Source of the DNA: a candidate division FCPU426 bacterium
GTDB lineage: Bacteria > Oederibacteriota > JAAXVQ01 > JAUVAV01
Direction: 5' to 3'
Assembly: GCA_030637655.1 (NCBI GenBank)
Contig: DAOWGI010000040.1
Span: 1-50,020, forward strand
Length of the DNA: 50,020 nucleotides
Shown: in pieces, positions 29,736 through 37,863 of the stretch
How the letters are laid out: every line of letters begins with the position of its first letter
Numbering within the stretch: the first letter of the stretch is position 1
Program-made: the position numbers and the translations under genes
The notes under the pieces: generated by a model
What the model was told of the DNA's origin: nothing
The model's database searches: none
The model's input: the letters and a program-made list of their open reading frames with translations, nothing else

Positions 29736-29809
29736 GCAATTACTATAATGCACATTGACTTCAGACCTATGATTATGAAATGATAGTAACATCCCAGCGG
29801 AGGTTTAGT

Positions 29810-31999
29810 ATGGTCTATGCTTCCTGGATATTCCAGATTACCGCCTTTCTCATCGGGTGTACCACCTTACTTACCCAATTAAGTCTCATTCGAGAACTAG
29901 CCCTGATTTTTACGGGCAACGAATTATTCCTGGGTATCACCTTAGCTTACTGGGTTGGCGGAGTGGGATTCGGAGCCGGCTGGTTCCCGAAAAATATTTT
30001 CCCAACATTATGGTATGCCCAAACGAAAACATTAATCCTTCTCACGTGCGGATCTGCTGTTCTCTTCCCTGTATGTCTGTTGCTTACACGTGCCGGCTTT
30101 CAGGTATTGGGCGCGCAAGGACTGGAACCGGGTTTTGACATGCTCTTTTTCATCCCCGCTCTGGTTATCTTTCCGCCCAGTATACTCAACGGACTTTGGT
30201 ACAAGGTTTTATTAACCACTGCGGAGAAAACATATTCTCAGTCTGCTGAGAAACATATTTTTTCTGCCGGTCGTTTTTTTGCTTCTGAAGCGTTCGGTGC
30301 CTGCTTGGCCGGTGTTGGGTATACTTTTTTTCTCTCTTACTTCTGGAATGCCTTCCAAGTAGCAGGAATAGTATTGCTGGTGTTAAGCGCGCACGCTCTC
30401 TTGGCATTACCGCGTTTATATAAACACCATACTAAAAACATATGGCACTTTACAGGCAAAGTACTATTAGGCTGCCTTCCGGCGCTATTACTGATCACCG
30501 GTTTTTGGAAATCCGCCGATGATTTTTCCAAATCCTGGTACCCTTTCCCCCACCTGCAGCTCCTCAACCAACATACGGCACGCGGGCACATCGCTTTGGT
30601 TAAACAAAACAAAACCTATTCATATTATGCTTCCGGAAAATTACTCTACTCATTCCCGAACGCCCGGAACAACGAAATCAATGTACTGCTCCCACTCCTA
30701 CTGGTCCCGCAAGCTAAAACCATTGCCTTAGTCAGCAACAATCCGGAAATGCTCCGGATTTTTTCGAATATTGATCAAATCAAAAAGATAGACGTTTTTC
30801 TCGAGGATCAAAAAGCCCACGAGCAGTTTATAGCAGTGTTACCTCCGCTCTGGAACAAAATCTTCCAGAACCATAAAATCAACATTGTGTATGGCGATCT
30901 CCGCCAACACCTGCCCAAGCAATCTACTCGCTATGATATTATTTTACTCACATTGGCACCGCCGGATACATTGGCCGGCAACCGGCATTACACGCTCGAA
31001 TGTATGCGCATTTTAAAATCAACATTATCTTACTCCGGTGTCTTGCTGTATAACCTGGATTTCTCCCACAACCGTCTCAACCAAGCTGAGCTCAATCTGC
31101 TCCGCAGCTTGAAAAATACCTGCGATAGCATCTTCCCCTACACACGATTAATCCCCCTGCAGCGTCTCTATCTCTGTGCTTCTTCCCACACCAATCTCTC
31201 CGAAATAACCGGCCAAAGAATGCAGCGCCATTTTTCCCAATGGCACACAGACCAACTCCACTATCGCAGTGAACAATTCCCCACGCTCTTTGATCAAGCA
31301 CGGGAAGAAACCCTCCGGCAACAATTGTTTTCATCACACACCGCCCCCCTCAATACGGACCAACATCCTGTGAGCAGCGGATTGCAGGCACTTCATTGGT
31401 TATTTAAAAACAGCAGTCTGTTTTCTTTTATTATTTTTATTGCTTTGGGATATGCGCTCTTTCTTTCCTGGCGTTTCTTAACACGGACGAGCTTCTCCGC
31501 TGCCGCACTATTCTTCGCTTGTTTGGGCGCTGTAATAATGACATTGCAGGTCAGCATCATCACCGCATTCCAAGCAGCCCAGGGAACGCTTTGGCAGTCT
31601 ATCGGGATATTGTTTGCTTGCATGATGGCAGGTCTGGCAATGGGTGGAATGCTCGGAACTTTTATAAAAAATTCTTTTTCTTTTCGCATCATTCTGGTTG
31701 TCACACTTGCTCTCAGCTGTATTCTGGGTGCCGGCATTGTACTTGCCTGGCCTAGGTTCCTGGCCGGTGCCGGAATATTACTTTTATCAGGAGGTCTGCT
31801 GGGCGGATTGCTTTATGCGCTCATCACCCAACAGTTGTCAGCTAAGTTCGCGGCGCAAGGTTGGGCCGCGGACTTAATCGGCAGCTGCTGGGGAGCTTTA
31901 TTCACAGGAACCGTACTCATTCCTGCTCTGGGTCCCCTGGCCGGGATAGTGGCGGCAGTTGCTCTGATCGTTGCTGTTATTTTTTTCCGCTCGACTTAG
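29810..31999 (+). CDS. Fused membrane / spermidine-synthase-like protein (degenerate methyltransferase fold)
   Basis: QLSLIRELALIFTGNEL N-terminal TM block, soluble core with GDLR..RYDIILL..P..NRHYTLE, C-terminal TM block ending AADLIGSCWGAL; start ATG 29810 (GGAGG RBS). Confidence 0.75.
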   Translation: MVYASWIFQITAFLIGCTTLLTQLSLIRELALIFTGNELFLGITLAYWVGGVGFGAGWFPKNIFPTLWYAQTKTLILLTCGSAVLFPVCLLLTRAGFQVLGAQGLEPGFDMLFFIPALVIFPPSILNGLWYKVLLTTAEKTYSQSAEKHIFSAGRFFASEAFGACLAGVGYTFFLSYFWNAFQVAGIVLLVLSAHALLALPRLYKHHTKNIWHFTGKVLLGCLPALLLITGFWKSADDFSKSWYPFPHLQLLNQHTARGHIALVKQNKTYSYYASGKLLYSFPNARNNEINVLLPLLLVPQAKTIALVSNNPEMLRIFSNIDQIKKIDVFLEDQKAHEQFIAVLPPLWNKIFQNHKINIVYGDLRQHLPKQSTRYDIILLTLAPPDTLAGNRHYTLECMRILKSTLSYSGVLLYNLDFSHNRLNQAELNLLRSLKNTCDSIFPYTRLIPLQRLYLCASSHTNLSEITGQRMQRHFSQWHTDQLHYRSEQFPTLFDQAREETLRQQLFSSHTAPLNTDQHPVSSGLQALHWLFKNSSLFSFIIFIALGYALFLSWRFLTRTSFSAAALFFACLGAVIMTLQVSIITAFQAAQGTLWQSIGILFACMMAGLAMGGMLGTFIKNSFSFRIILVVTLALSCILGAGIVLAWPRFLAGAGILLLSGGLLGGLLYALITQQLSAKFAAQGWAADLIGSCWGALFTGTVLIPALGPLAGIVAAVALIVAVIFFRST

Positions 32000-33554
32000 G
32001 CGCCGGATCTTCAAATGAGAGTACCCGGAAAACGAATAGTTCGGTCCGCTTATCACGCCATATGTCTTTTGGCAGACGCGCTTTTTGCACGCATAAGTTA
32101 TTCAAGAACTCTTCTTTGCTCCAACCGGTCTCCGTAGCCACCTGAGGAAGAAACAATCCCGTACGAGCTCCGCGTTTTACCATCACACCATGAATGCCAA
32201 GAATAATTTCTTTAGGATTTCGTATCATTTTCAAAGGAGACAACACTGATATTTCAATGTCCGTATAGGGTAATTCCTCAGCTTTCAGCGCTTTAAATCT
32301 CGGATCTTCAAAGGCGGCTGCACAGGCCATCTGGGCTACGGCTTGATATAAAGGCAAGCGGGCATCAGTCATACCAATGCACCCTTGGAGCATACCATTG
32401 CGTTTCAAGGTGACAAATACCGAATAACGCTTCAGCAGCGGTTTGTATGAAGTGGTAGGCATCATTTGCGTGCCGGTTGCCAACCCTTCGGTGATAGCCG
32501 CCCGGGCAATGCGTGCCAATTCATTTTTTTGCTCAATTGTCAATTGAATTTCCAATTGATCTTTTGGTTTGGCAATCACCTTTTTCGGTTTCTTTTTATT
32601 TTGCACAAACGCCAGCGAAGCATACCCCACCACCCGTTTTTTATCCTGGGTAACATCTCCGGAATTGGCATAGTGCAATAACTGTCCCTGGTTGGCTCCC
32701 ATCAAGGCGGCTGCAATCATCGTGGTTTTAACAGCAGACATACCGCATACTGTGCATACCAGATCCGGTATGCCACGCGAACTAATCTCGCGATCATAGG
32801 TATCCAGCTGATACGGATCCATTTTTTGTATAGCTTCCAGAATTTTTTTATCAATCACCTTGGCATCAGCCCACGTTGGATAATGCGATAGATCAGTCGA
32901 AGCAATAACAATAGCTTTGCGCGTGCGTGCCTGGTCGGCAATCGCTTCTGCCACAGACCAGCATTCCTCCCAAGTGGATGTTCCCATAAGCAAAGGGACA
33001 AATTTAGCCTGGGGCGCTACTTTTTGCAGAAACGGTATTTGTACTTCCACCGAATGTTCTTTAATCCAAGCACGGGGCAGCAAGTGCACGTTAGGGTGGT
33101 TTTTCAACAAACTCCGGACTGCTTGCACATCCACCGGATAATTGCCCAGCGGAGTCCGAAATGCCTTGCCCTGCCACACCAGCGCGCCGCCCACGTCCGC
33201 ATAGTGCGAAGTGCCGATAATGTAAATGGTTTCAATTTCTTTATTCGCCAAGGTTTTCATACCAATGGCCGTAATAATGCCGGAATATACATATCCGGCA
33301 TGCGGCAACATCAGGCCTTTCAACTCTCCTGCCAGTTTGGGCGGCGGCGCGTTATAAAAGGCTTTTTTTAATAATTTGTTCAGATCTTTGGCTGAACTGG
33401 GATAAAAACTCCCGGCTACTGCCGGTTGACGAATCTTTGTTTTTGTATTGCCGGCAGAACCGCAACCCATTCCCCACAGCAGCATACTGCTCAGTATAAG
33501 CATACCAACCAAGAACTGATACTGTGTATATGTGGTTTTCCGTCTCTGCTTCAC
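31977..33554 (-). CDS. amrB: AmmeMemoRadiSam protein B (MEMO1) fused to protein A (AMMECR1), with a lipoprotein-like signal
   Basis: IRQPAVAGSFYP, PHAGYVYSG, EHSVEVQIPFLQ, STDLSHY, VGYAS; then VFVTL..LQGCIG, AAFEDPRF, GLFLPQVA; N-terminal LLWGMG-C. Confidence 0.92.
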   Translation of the reverse strand: MKQRRKTTYTQYQFLVGMLILSSMLLWGMGCGSAGNTKTKIRQPAVAGSFYPSSAKDLNKLLKKAFYNAPPPKLAGELKGLMLPHAGYVYSGIITAIGMKTLANKEIETIYIIGTSHYADVGGALVWQGKAFRTPLGNYPVDVQAVRSLLKNHPNVHLLPRAWIKEHSVEVQIPFLQKVAPQAKFVPLLMGTSTWEECWSVAEAIADQARTRKAIVIASTDLSHYPTWADAKVIDKKILEAIQKMDPYQLDTYDREISSRGIPDLVCTVCGMSAVKTTMIAAALMGANQGQLLHYANSGDVTQDKKRVVGYASLAFVQNKKKPKKVIAKPKDQLEIQLTIEQKNELARIARAAITEGLATGTQMMPTTSYKPLLKRYSVFVTLKRNGMLQGCIGMTDARLPLYQAVAQMACAAAFEDPRFKALKAEELPYTDIEISVLSPLKMIRNPKEIILGIHGVMVKRGARTGLFLPQVATETGWSKEEFLNNLCVQKARLPKDIWRDKRTELFVFRVLSFEDPAPKSSGKK

Positions 33555-33630
33555 GATGATTTTACCCCCTTGGTTTCATATACCAGATATATATCATATA
33601 ACATAGCACCAGGTTATTCCAGTTGAGATT

Positions 33631-34809
33631 TCACAACCCCAAACGTTTATCTTGCCAAATACCCGGAATCCTTTCCCCACAACGCGGACAGGTATTACGC
33701 CGGACTAAGCGATTTTCCAATATCGCGTACCCGTGCCTATCCACCAATACTAAATCACAGTTCGGACAGATAGTATTTTCTCCTTCCGGATCCATTACAT
33801 TGCCCAAATAGATATACTGCAAACCGGCATCACGAGCGATGACACGTGCCCGATGCAAGGTTTCCTGTGGAGTGACCGGCAGGTTTTGCATACGGTACTG
33901 CGGTGTGAAACGGGAGAAAAAGAGAGGTGTAGCTTTTCCCAAGTCATGGGCCACCCATTCACACAAGGCACGAATACTTGCTTCCGAATCATTTTGGGTT
34001 GGAATCAAGAGATTCACCACTTCCAATTGCGTTCCAACCTCTGCAATAATTTTAAGCGTTCTTTTCACATAATGTAACTCCCCCTTCACCAAGTGCCGGT
34101 AAAAAGAGGGTTCAAAACCTTTCAAATCCACCTTGATCACATCCAGCAAGGGCAATAATTCCCGCAACGGTTTTTCGGCAATGTACCCGCCGGTAATCAT
34201 AACATTGTATAAACCAGCCCTGTGCGCAAGCTCGGCAATTTCCCGCATGTACTCATAAAAAACCACAGGCTCAGAGTAGGTATACGCAATAGAGCGCGAG
34301 CCGGTGCGCAAGGCCATCGCTACGATTTTATGCGGAGATAAAAACTCAGCCGGCAGTGTTTCCGGATTCGAAGTGGCCAAGGTCCAGTTTTGACAAAATT
34401 GACAATTCAGATTACAACCCGCGGTTGCAATGGAAAAAGCCCGACTGCCGGGCAACAGATGAAAGACAGGTTTTTTTTCTATCGGATCAACATGGACTGC
34501 TGCCGGCAAACCATACACCTGAGTATACAACTTCTGCATCGCATTCACGCGCACCCGGCACCAGCCACGACCACCTTCGGGTATAAAGCATCGGCGCGGA
34601 CACAGCATACACAAGACACCATGATCCGCACGTTTCCAATATGCAGCTGCCCGCACACTTTCTTCTCTGTAAATATAATTTTTTTGAATGTGTTTTTCCA
34701 GCCAACCGCCGGCCCAAAAAATAGTAAACGCAGCCACTAAGAGCAGCCACAGAACGGATTTGCCGGATTGAAATGAAAATGTGTTCGGATCTATTGTTAA
34801 AGCAACCAC
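33631..34809 (-). CDS. amrS: AmmeMemoRadiSam radical SAM enzyme
   Basis: CMLCPRRC..GWCRVR, DPIEKKP, GCNLNCQFCQNW, AYTYSEP, C-terminal CPNC/CPRCG. Confidence 0.93.
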   Translation of the reverse strand: MVALTIDPNTFSFQSGKSVLWLLLVAAFTIFWAGGWLEKHIQKNYIYREESVRAAAYWKRADHGVLCMLCPRRCFIPEGGRGWCRVRVNAMQKLYTQVYGLPAAVHVDPIEKKPVFHLLPGSRAFSIATAGCNLNCQFCQNWTLATSNPETLPAEFLSPHKIVAMALRTGSRSIAYTYSEPVVFYEYMREIAELAHRAGLYNVMITGGYIAEKPLRELLPLLDVIKVDLKGFEPSFYRHLVKGELHYVKRTLKIIAEVGTQLEVVNLLIPTQNDSEASIRALCEWVAHDLGKATPLFFSRFTPQYRMQNLPVTPQETLHRARVIARDAGLQYIYLGNVMDPEGENTICPNCDLVLVDRHGYAILENRLVRRNTCPRCGERIPGIWQDKRLGL

Positions 34810-34811
34810 TA

Positions 34812-35213
34812 TTACCCCGAAATAGGTTTGCCGTTTTTCAAAAGTTTGTACACTACCCGCAGACGCCCTTCCCGGTCCTGGCAGATAGTGATAAATCGTT
34901 CCAAAATCTGTTCCAGGATTTTTCCTTCAGGCGTTTGGGCAAGCAAAAACCGATAAGACAATGTTTTCCCTTTCTTTTCCTGTTGCAGAAAACCTAAATC
35001 ATGCAACTCCTGCATTTCTTTTTTTAAAATTTTTACCGGTCGATTCAGCGTAGCGGCCAAAGCATCCAGCTCGAACCATTTGTTTGGATGATCATAATAA
35101 AATTGTACGACTTCCCATTTGACAAACGAATTCACATACGTTTCAATAAACGCCTCAATATCCCCGTTCATCTTCATCAAATTTATGATATTTTCATCCA
35201 GCACGCTTAACAC
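34812..35213 (-). CDS. Small winged-helix-like hypothetical protein
   Basis: ELDALAATLNRPVKILKKEMQELHDLGFL..GKTLSYRF HTH-wing pattern; stop 2 nt before amrS. Confidence 0.65.
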   Translation of the reverse strand: MLSVLDENIINLMKMNGDIEAFIETYVNSFVKWEVVQFYYDHPNKWFELDALAATLNRPVKILKKEMQELHDLGFLQQEKKGKTLSYRFLLAQTPEGKILEQILERFITICQDREGRLRVVYKLLKNGKPISG

Positions 35214-35253
35214 TACCCCCTGAATTTCTTTAGTTAGTCATGAATATACAGAT

Positions 35254-35282
35254 ATTATTGACCTTCACCCTTGAAATGTCAA
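35254..35282 (-). promoter_or_regulatory. Putative sigma70 promoter for the wHTH-amrS-amrBA operon
   Basis: TTGACA-17 nt-AATAAT on the minus strand within the divergent intergenic region. Confidence 0.45.
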
Positions 35283-35441
35283 GTATCCTTAAAAAATTAA
35301 ATATTAGGCGCTCGTATAAAGGGCCAATAATTATATTTGAAAAGCAAAAGTAATTGTTGACTTTCGTGTGCACTTGCGATTATTGTACCTAGAACCATTG
35401 GCTATCAGCAACAAGCATAGATTTATCGTACAGGAGTTTTC

Positions 35442-36752
35442 ATGCCGCAACCCTTGGGTCGTCTTAGTACTGTGATTAATGAGATTCACACTTCTTTATC
35501 CACTCGTCATATTTTGGACTCCACGCTGAAATGGATCGCGGAATTGTTATTGGCGGAAACAGGTGTGATTCTGCTTCCACAACCGCACAGCTCTGTACTC
35601 AAAGCCTATATACGCAAACATCAGGGAAAAAATTCCCAGCTGGTCACCTTAAAATTAAGTAAAGCACAAGGACTGGAAGCCTGGGTGTTGTCTTCCGGCA
35701 AAGGTGCAATTGCCAATACTTCGCAAGGCAAAGATTCCATTTTTCAAAATACAGACCTCCCTTTTGCTTCCTCGATACGTAATTGTATGGCAGTCCCTCT
35801 GAAGAACAAATCCAAAACCATCGGTGTTTTAGAAGTGATCAATCGTCATGATTATAAATCTTTTACAACCAAACAACTGCATTTTCTCGAAATGCTGGCA
35901 CTGCATACAGCTACCGCCTTAACCAATGCGCATACCTATGCCACCCAACATACCTTTTTAAACGAACAAAAAAAACATCTCCTGGCCACCACCGAGCAAC
36001 TACGCGGCGCCAATATTAAACTGCGGGAAGCTGACCAGACTAAATCCGAGAGTATTTCCATGGTCGCCCACGAACTCCGCAGCCCAATTACCTCAATTTC
36101 CGGATTCGCTAAGATACTTTGGCATAATAAAATCGGACCCCTCAATAAAGAACAGAGTGAATTTTGCGAAATCATTTTAAAAAATTCGGATCACATCCAA
36201 TGTCTGATCAGTGATTTGATGGATTTAACTAAATTGGAATTAGGCCGTTTGGAAATGCATTTCAAACCGGTTTCTTGCCGGGAATTGATAAAAGAAGCAG
36301 TGCTCTCCGTGCAAGGCAGCGCCGCCAAAGACAAGCAAAGAATACACACCGAATTCATTAATGAAGAATTATTTGTGACAGGCGACCGTTTGCGCTTGGT
36401 CCAGGTCTTGATCAACCTCTTGTCAAACGCATTAAAATATTCACCTGTCCAGAGTCCGGTTTATTTACGCTATAGGGCGGACAATAAATACATCGCCTTC
36501 ATGGTAGAAGATCGTGGAACCACGTTGACGCCGGAGCAGCAGAAAAAAGTATTCGAGAAATTCTATCGTATCAAAAAGACCAAACCCACCAAACAGAGCA
36601 AAACCCCCGGCAGTGGCCTGGGACTCGCGATTTGTCAGATCATCATCAACAATCACGATGGAACCATCTGGGCCGAAGCTGCGCCGGAGCACGGAAACAT
36701 TTTCGGATTTCGGGTAAAACGCACGCTCAAACCGTCTGCCCCGCCATTGTAA
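35442..36752 (+). CDS. Soluble GAF-domain sensor histidine kinase
   Basis: GAF (CMAVPL..IGVLEVIN), H-box VAHELRSP, N-box NLLSNALKYS, FEKFYR, GSGLGLAI. Confidence 0.92.
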   Translation: MPQPLGRLSTVINEIHTSLSTRHILDSTLKWIAELLLAETGVILLPQPHSSVLKAYIRKHQGKNSQLVTLKLSKAQGLEAWVLSSGKGAIANTSQGKDSIFQNTDLPFASSIRNCMAVPLKNKSKTIGVLEVINRHDYKSFTTKQLHFLEMLALHTATALTNAHTYATQHTFLNEQKKHLLATTEQLRGANIKLREADQTKSESISMVAHELRSPITSISGFAKILWHNKIGPLNKEQSEFCEIILKNSDHIQCLISDLMDLTKLELGRLEMHFKPVSCRELIKEAVLSVQGSAAKDKQRIHTEFINEELFVTGDRLRLVQVLINLLSNALKYSPVQSPVYLRYRADNKYIAFMVEDRGTTLTPEQQKKVFEKFYRIKKTKPTKQSKTPGSGLGLAICQIIINNHDGTIWAEAAPEHGNIFGFRVKRTLKPSAPPL

Positions 36753-36848
36753 AATCCAAAACACACCGCAGAGAATGCAGAAAAATCCAGCCAGAAACAC
36801 ATCTATGCCTCCTGGCCTACTTAAGAATATGTTGTCTATCTTTTTATT

Positions 36849-37133
36849 TTATCGCACCAAGGGCCAGGTCACAGCAAATATGACCACATATAATATAGCA
36901 GCCAGGCTGCCGCCCAAGCCCATGACCGAATGACGGGTAAAGATCAGCACAATAGAGGCTAAAACACCTAAAGAAAAAGAGAACAAAGCATATTTCCCGG
37001 CAGCTGTGGCCGGAATCGGAGTGATGAACAAGACCCAAACATAGGATAAAAGATATACCGCGAAAAAGATTCCCAAACCTAAAAAGAATTGTTTCCGTTC
37101 ACCAGTGGATTTGATATGAATTTTTCTTGCCAT
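36849..37133 (-). CDS. Small three-TM membrane protein
   Basis: Three hydrophobic helices; AGGAG RBS and its own promoter. Confidence 0.7.
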   Translation of the reverse strand: MARKIHIKSTGERKQFFLGLGIFFAVYLLSYVWVLFITPIPATAAGKYALFSFSLGVLASIVLIFTRHSVMGLGGSLAAILYVVIFAVTWPLVR

Positions 37134-37172
37134 GGTATAAGCACTCCTCTTTTTAATATTTATATAAATAAC

Positions 37173-37201
37173 ATTATACTCGTTTGTCCGATCAAAGTCA
37201 A
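37173..37201 (-). promoter_or_regulatory. sigma70 promoter
   Basis: TTGACT-17 nt-TATAAT on the minus strand, 39 nt upstream of ATG 37133. Confidence 0.75.
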
Positions 37202-37215
37202 AAGCCTATCCGTAC

Positions 37216-37469
37216 ATAACATGTCAGTGAACTGCGGTTAAACAAAGGTTGTCATTCCCCGACCGGAAAAATATCGAAAAGGGACGCTAACGCAGCCCCG
37301 ACCGGTAAAGATATATAGGGACGTCTTTCGACAGCCCGAGGGTTTAATCGGCCCCGACCGGAAAAGATATATAGGGACGCATTCAGCAGGAATCTGGTTT
37401 TTTAAACCGTATCCCCGATAAGATCATTCGGGGATGACAAACAAAAAAAACGCATGACTGACATGTTAC
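37216..37469 (+). mobile_element. MITE family A, copy 4: complete, 254 bp, with three nested 38-39 bp inserts
   Basis: Ends ATAACATGTCAGT / ACTGACATGTTAC; 8-bp TSD ATCCGTAC (37208-37215) / ATCCGTAT (37470-37477); backbone matches the 18.3 kb copy. Confidence 0.9.
37257..37389 (+). repeat. Three direct-repeat units CCCCGACCGG-N-AGGGACG-N-CAG (37257-37295, 37296-37334, 37352-37389)
   Basis: Read directly from the sequence; absent from the other MITE copies in the window. Confidence 0.88.
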
Positions 37470-37497
37470 ATCCGTATCCCTTAGGGGCATAAGCATA

Positions 37498-37863
37498 TTA
37501 GGAATAATAAACAGCCAAGACTTCTTTGACTTTATCCCCCAAGGCTTGCAAACTATATGTTTTATGTAATCGTCCGACTTCCTGATATAATTTTTTATTG
37601 GTTTCCACCGCCGTAGTCACCAGAATGGGTATTTTAATATCCTCGTCCTGCAGCACCTGGCTTATTTGTTTGCCGTCAATAAAGGGCATTTTAATATCCA
37701 GCACAATCAAATCATACGATTTCACCCGAATCTGATTCAAGGCCTCAATCCCATTTTCCGCGGAATCCACCCGGTACCCTAAATGTTTGAGAAAAATAAT
37801 AACCGGTTCACGAATGGCTGTCTCATCCTCTGCCAGCAGCAAGCGATAAGGTTTCTCAGACAT
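37498..37863 (-). CDS. Single-domain response regulator (receiver only)
   Basis: LLAEDE, LIVLDIKMPFIDG phosphoacceptor, ILVTT; start ATG 37863 overlaps the kinase stop. Confidence 0.88.
   Translation of the reverse strand: MSEKPYRLLLAEDETAIREPVIIFLKHLGYRVDSAENGIEALNQIRVKSYDLIVLDIKMPFIDGKQISQVLQDEDIKIPILVTTAVETNKKLYQEVGRLHKTYSLQALGDKVKEVLAVYYS

Noticed and set aside
37257-37389. Possible mini CRISPR array
   Set aside because: Variable parts are only 7-8 nt, the units are inserted in a MITE backbone, and no cas genes or leader are present.
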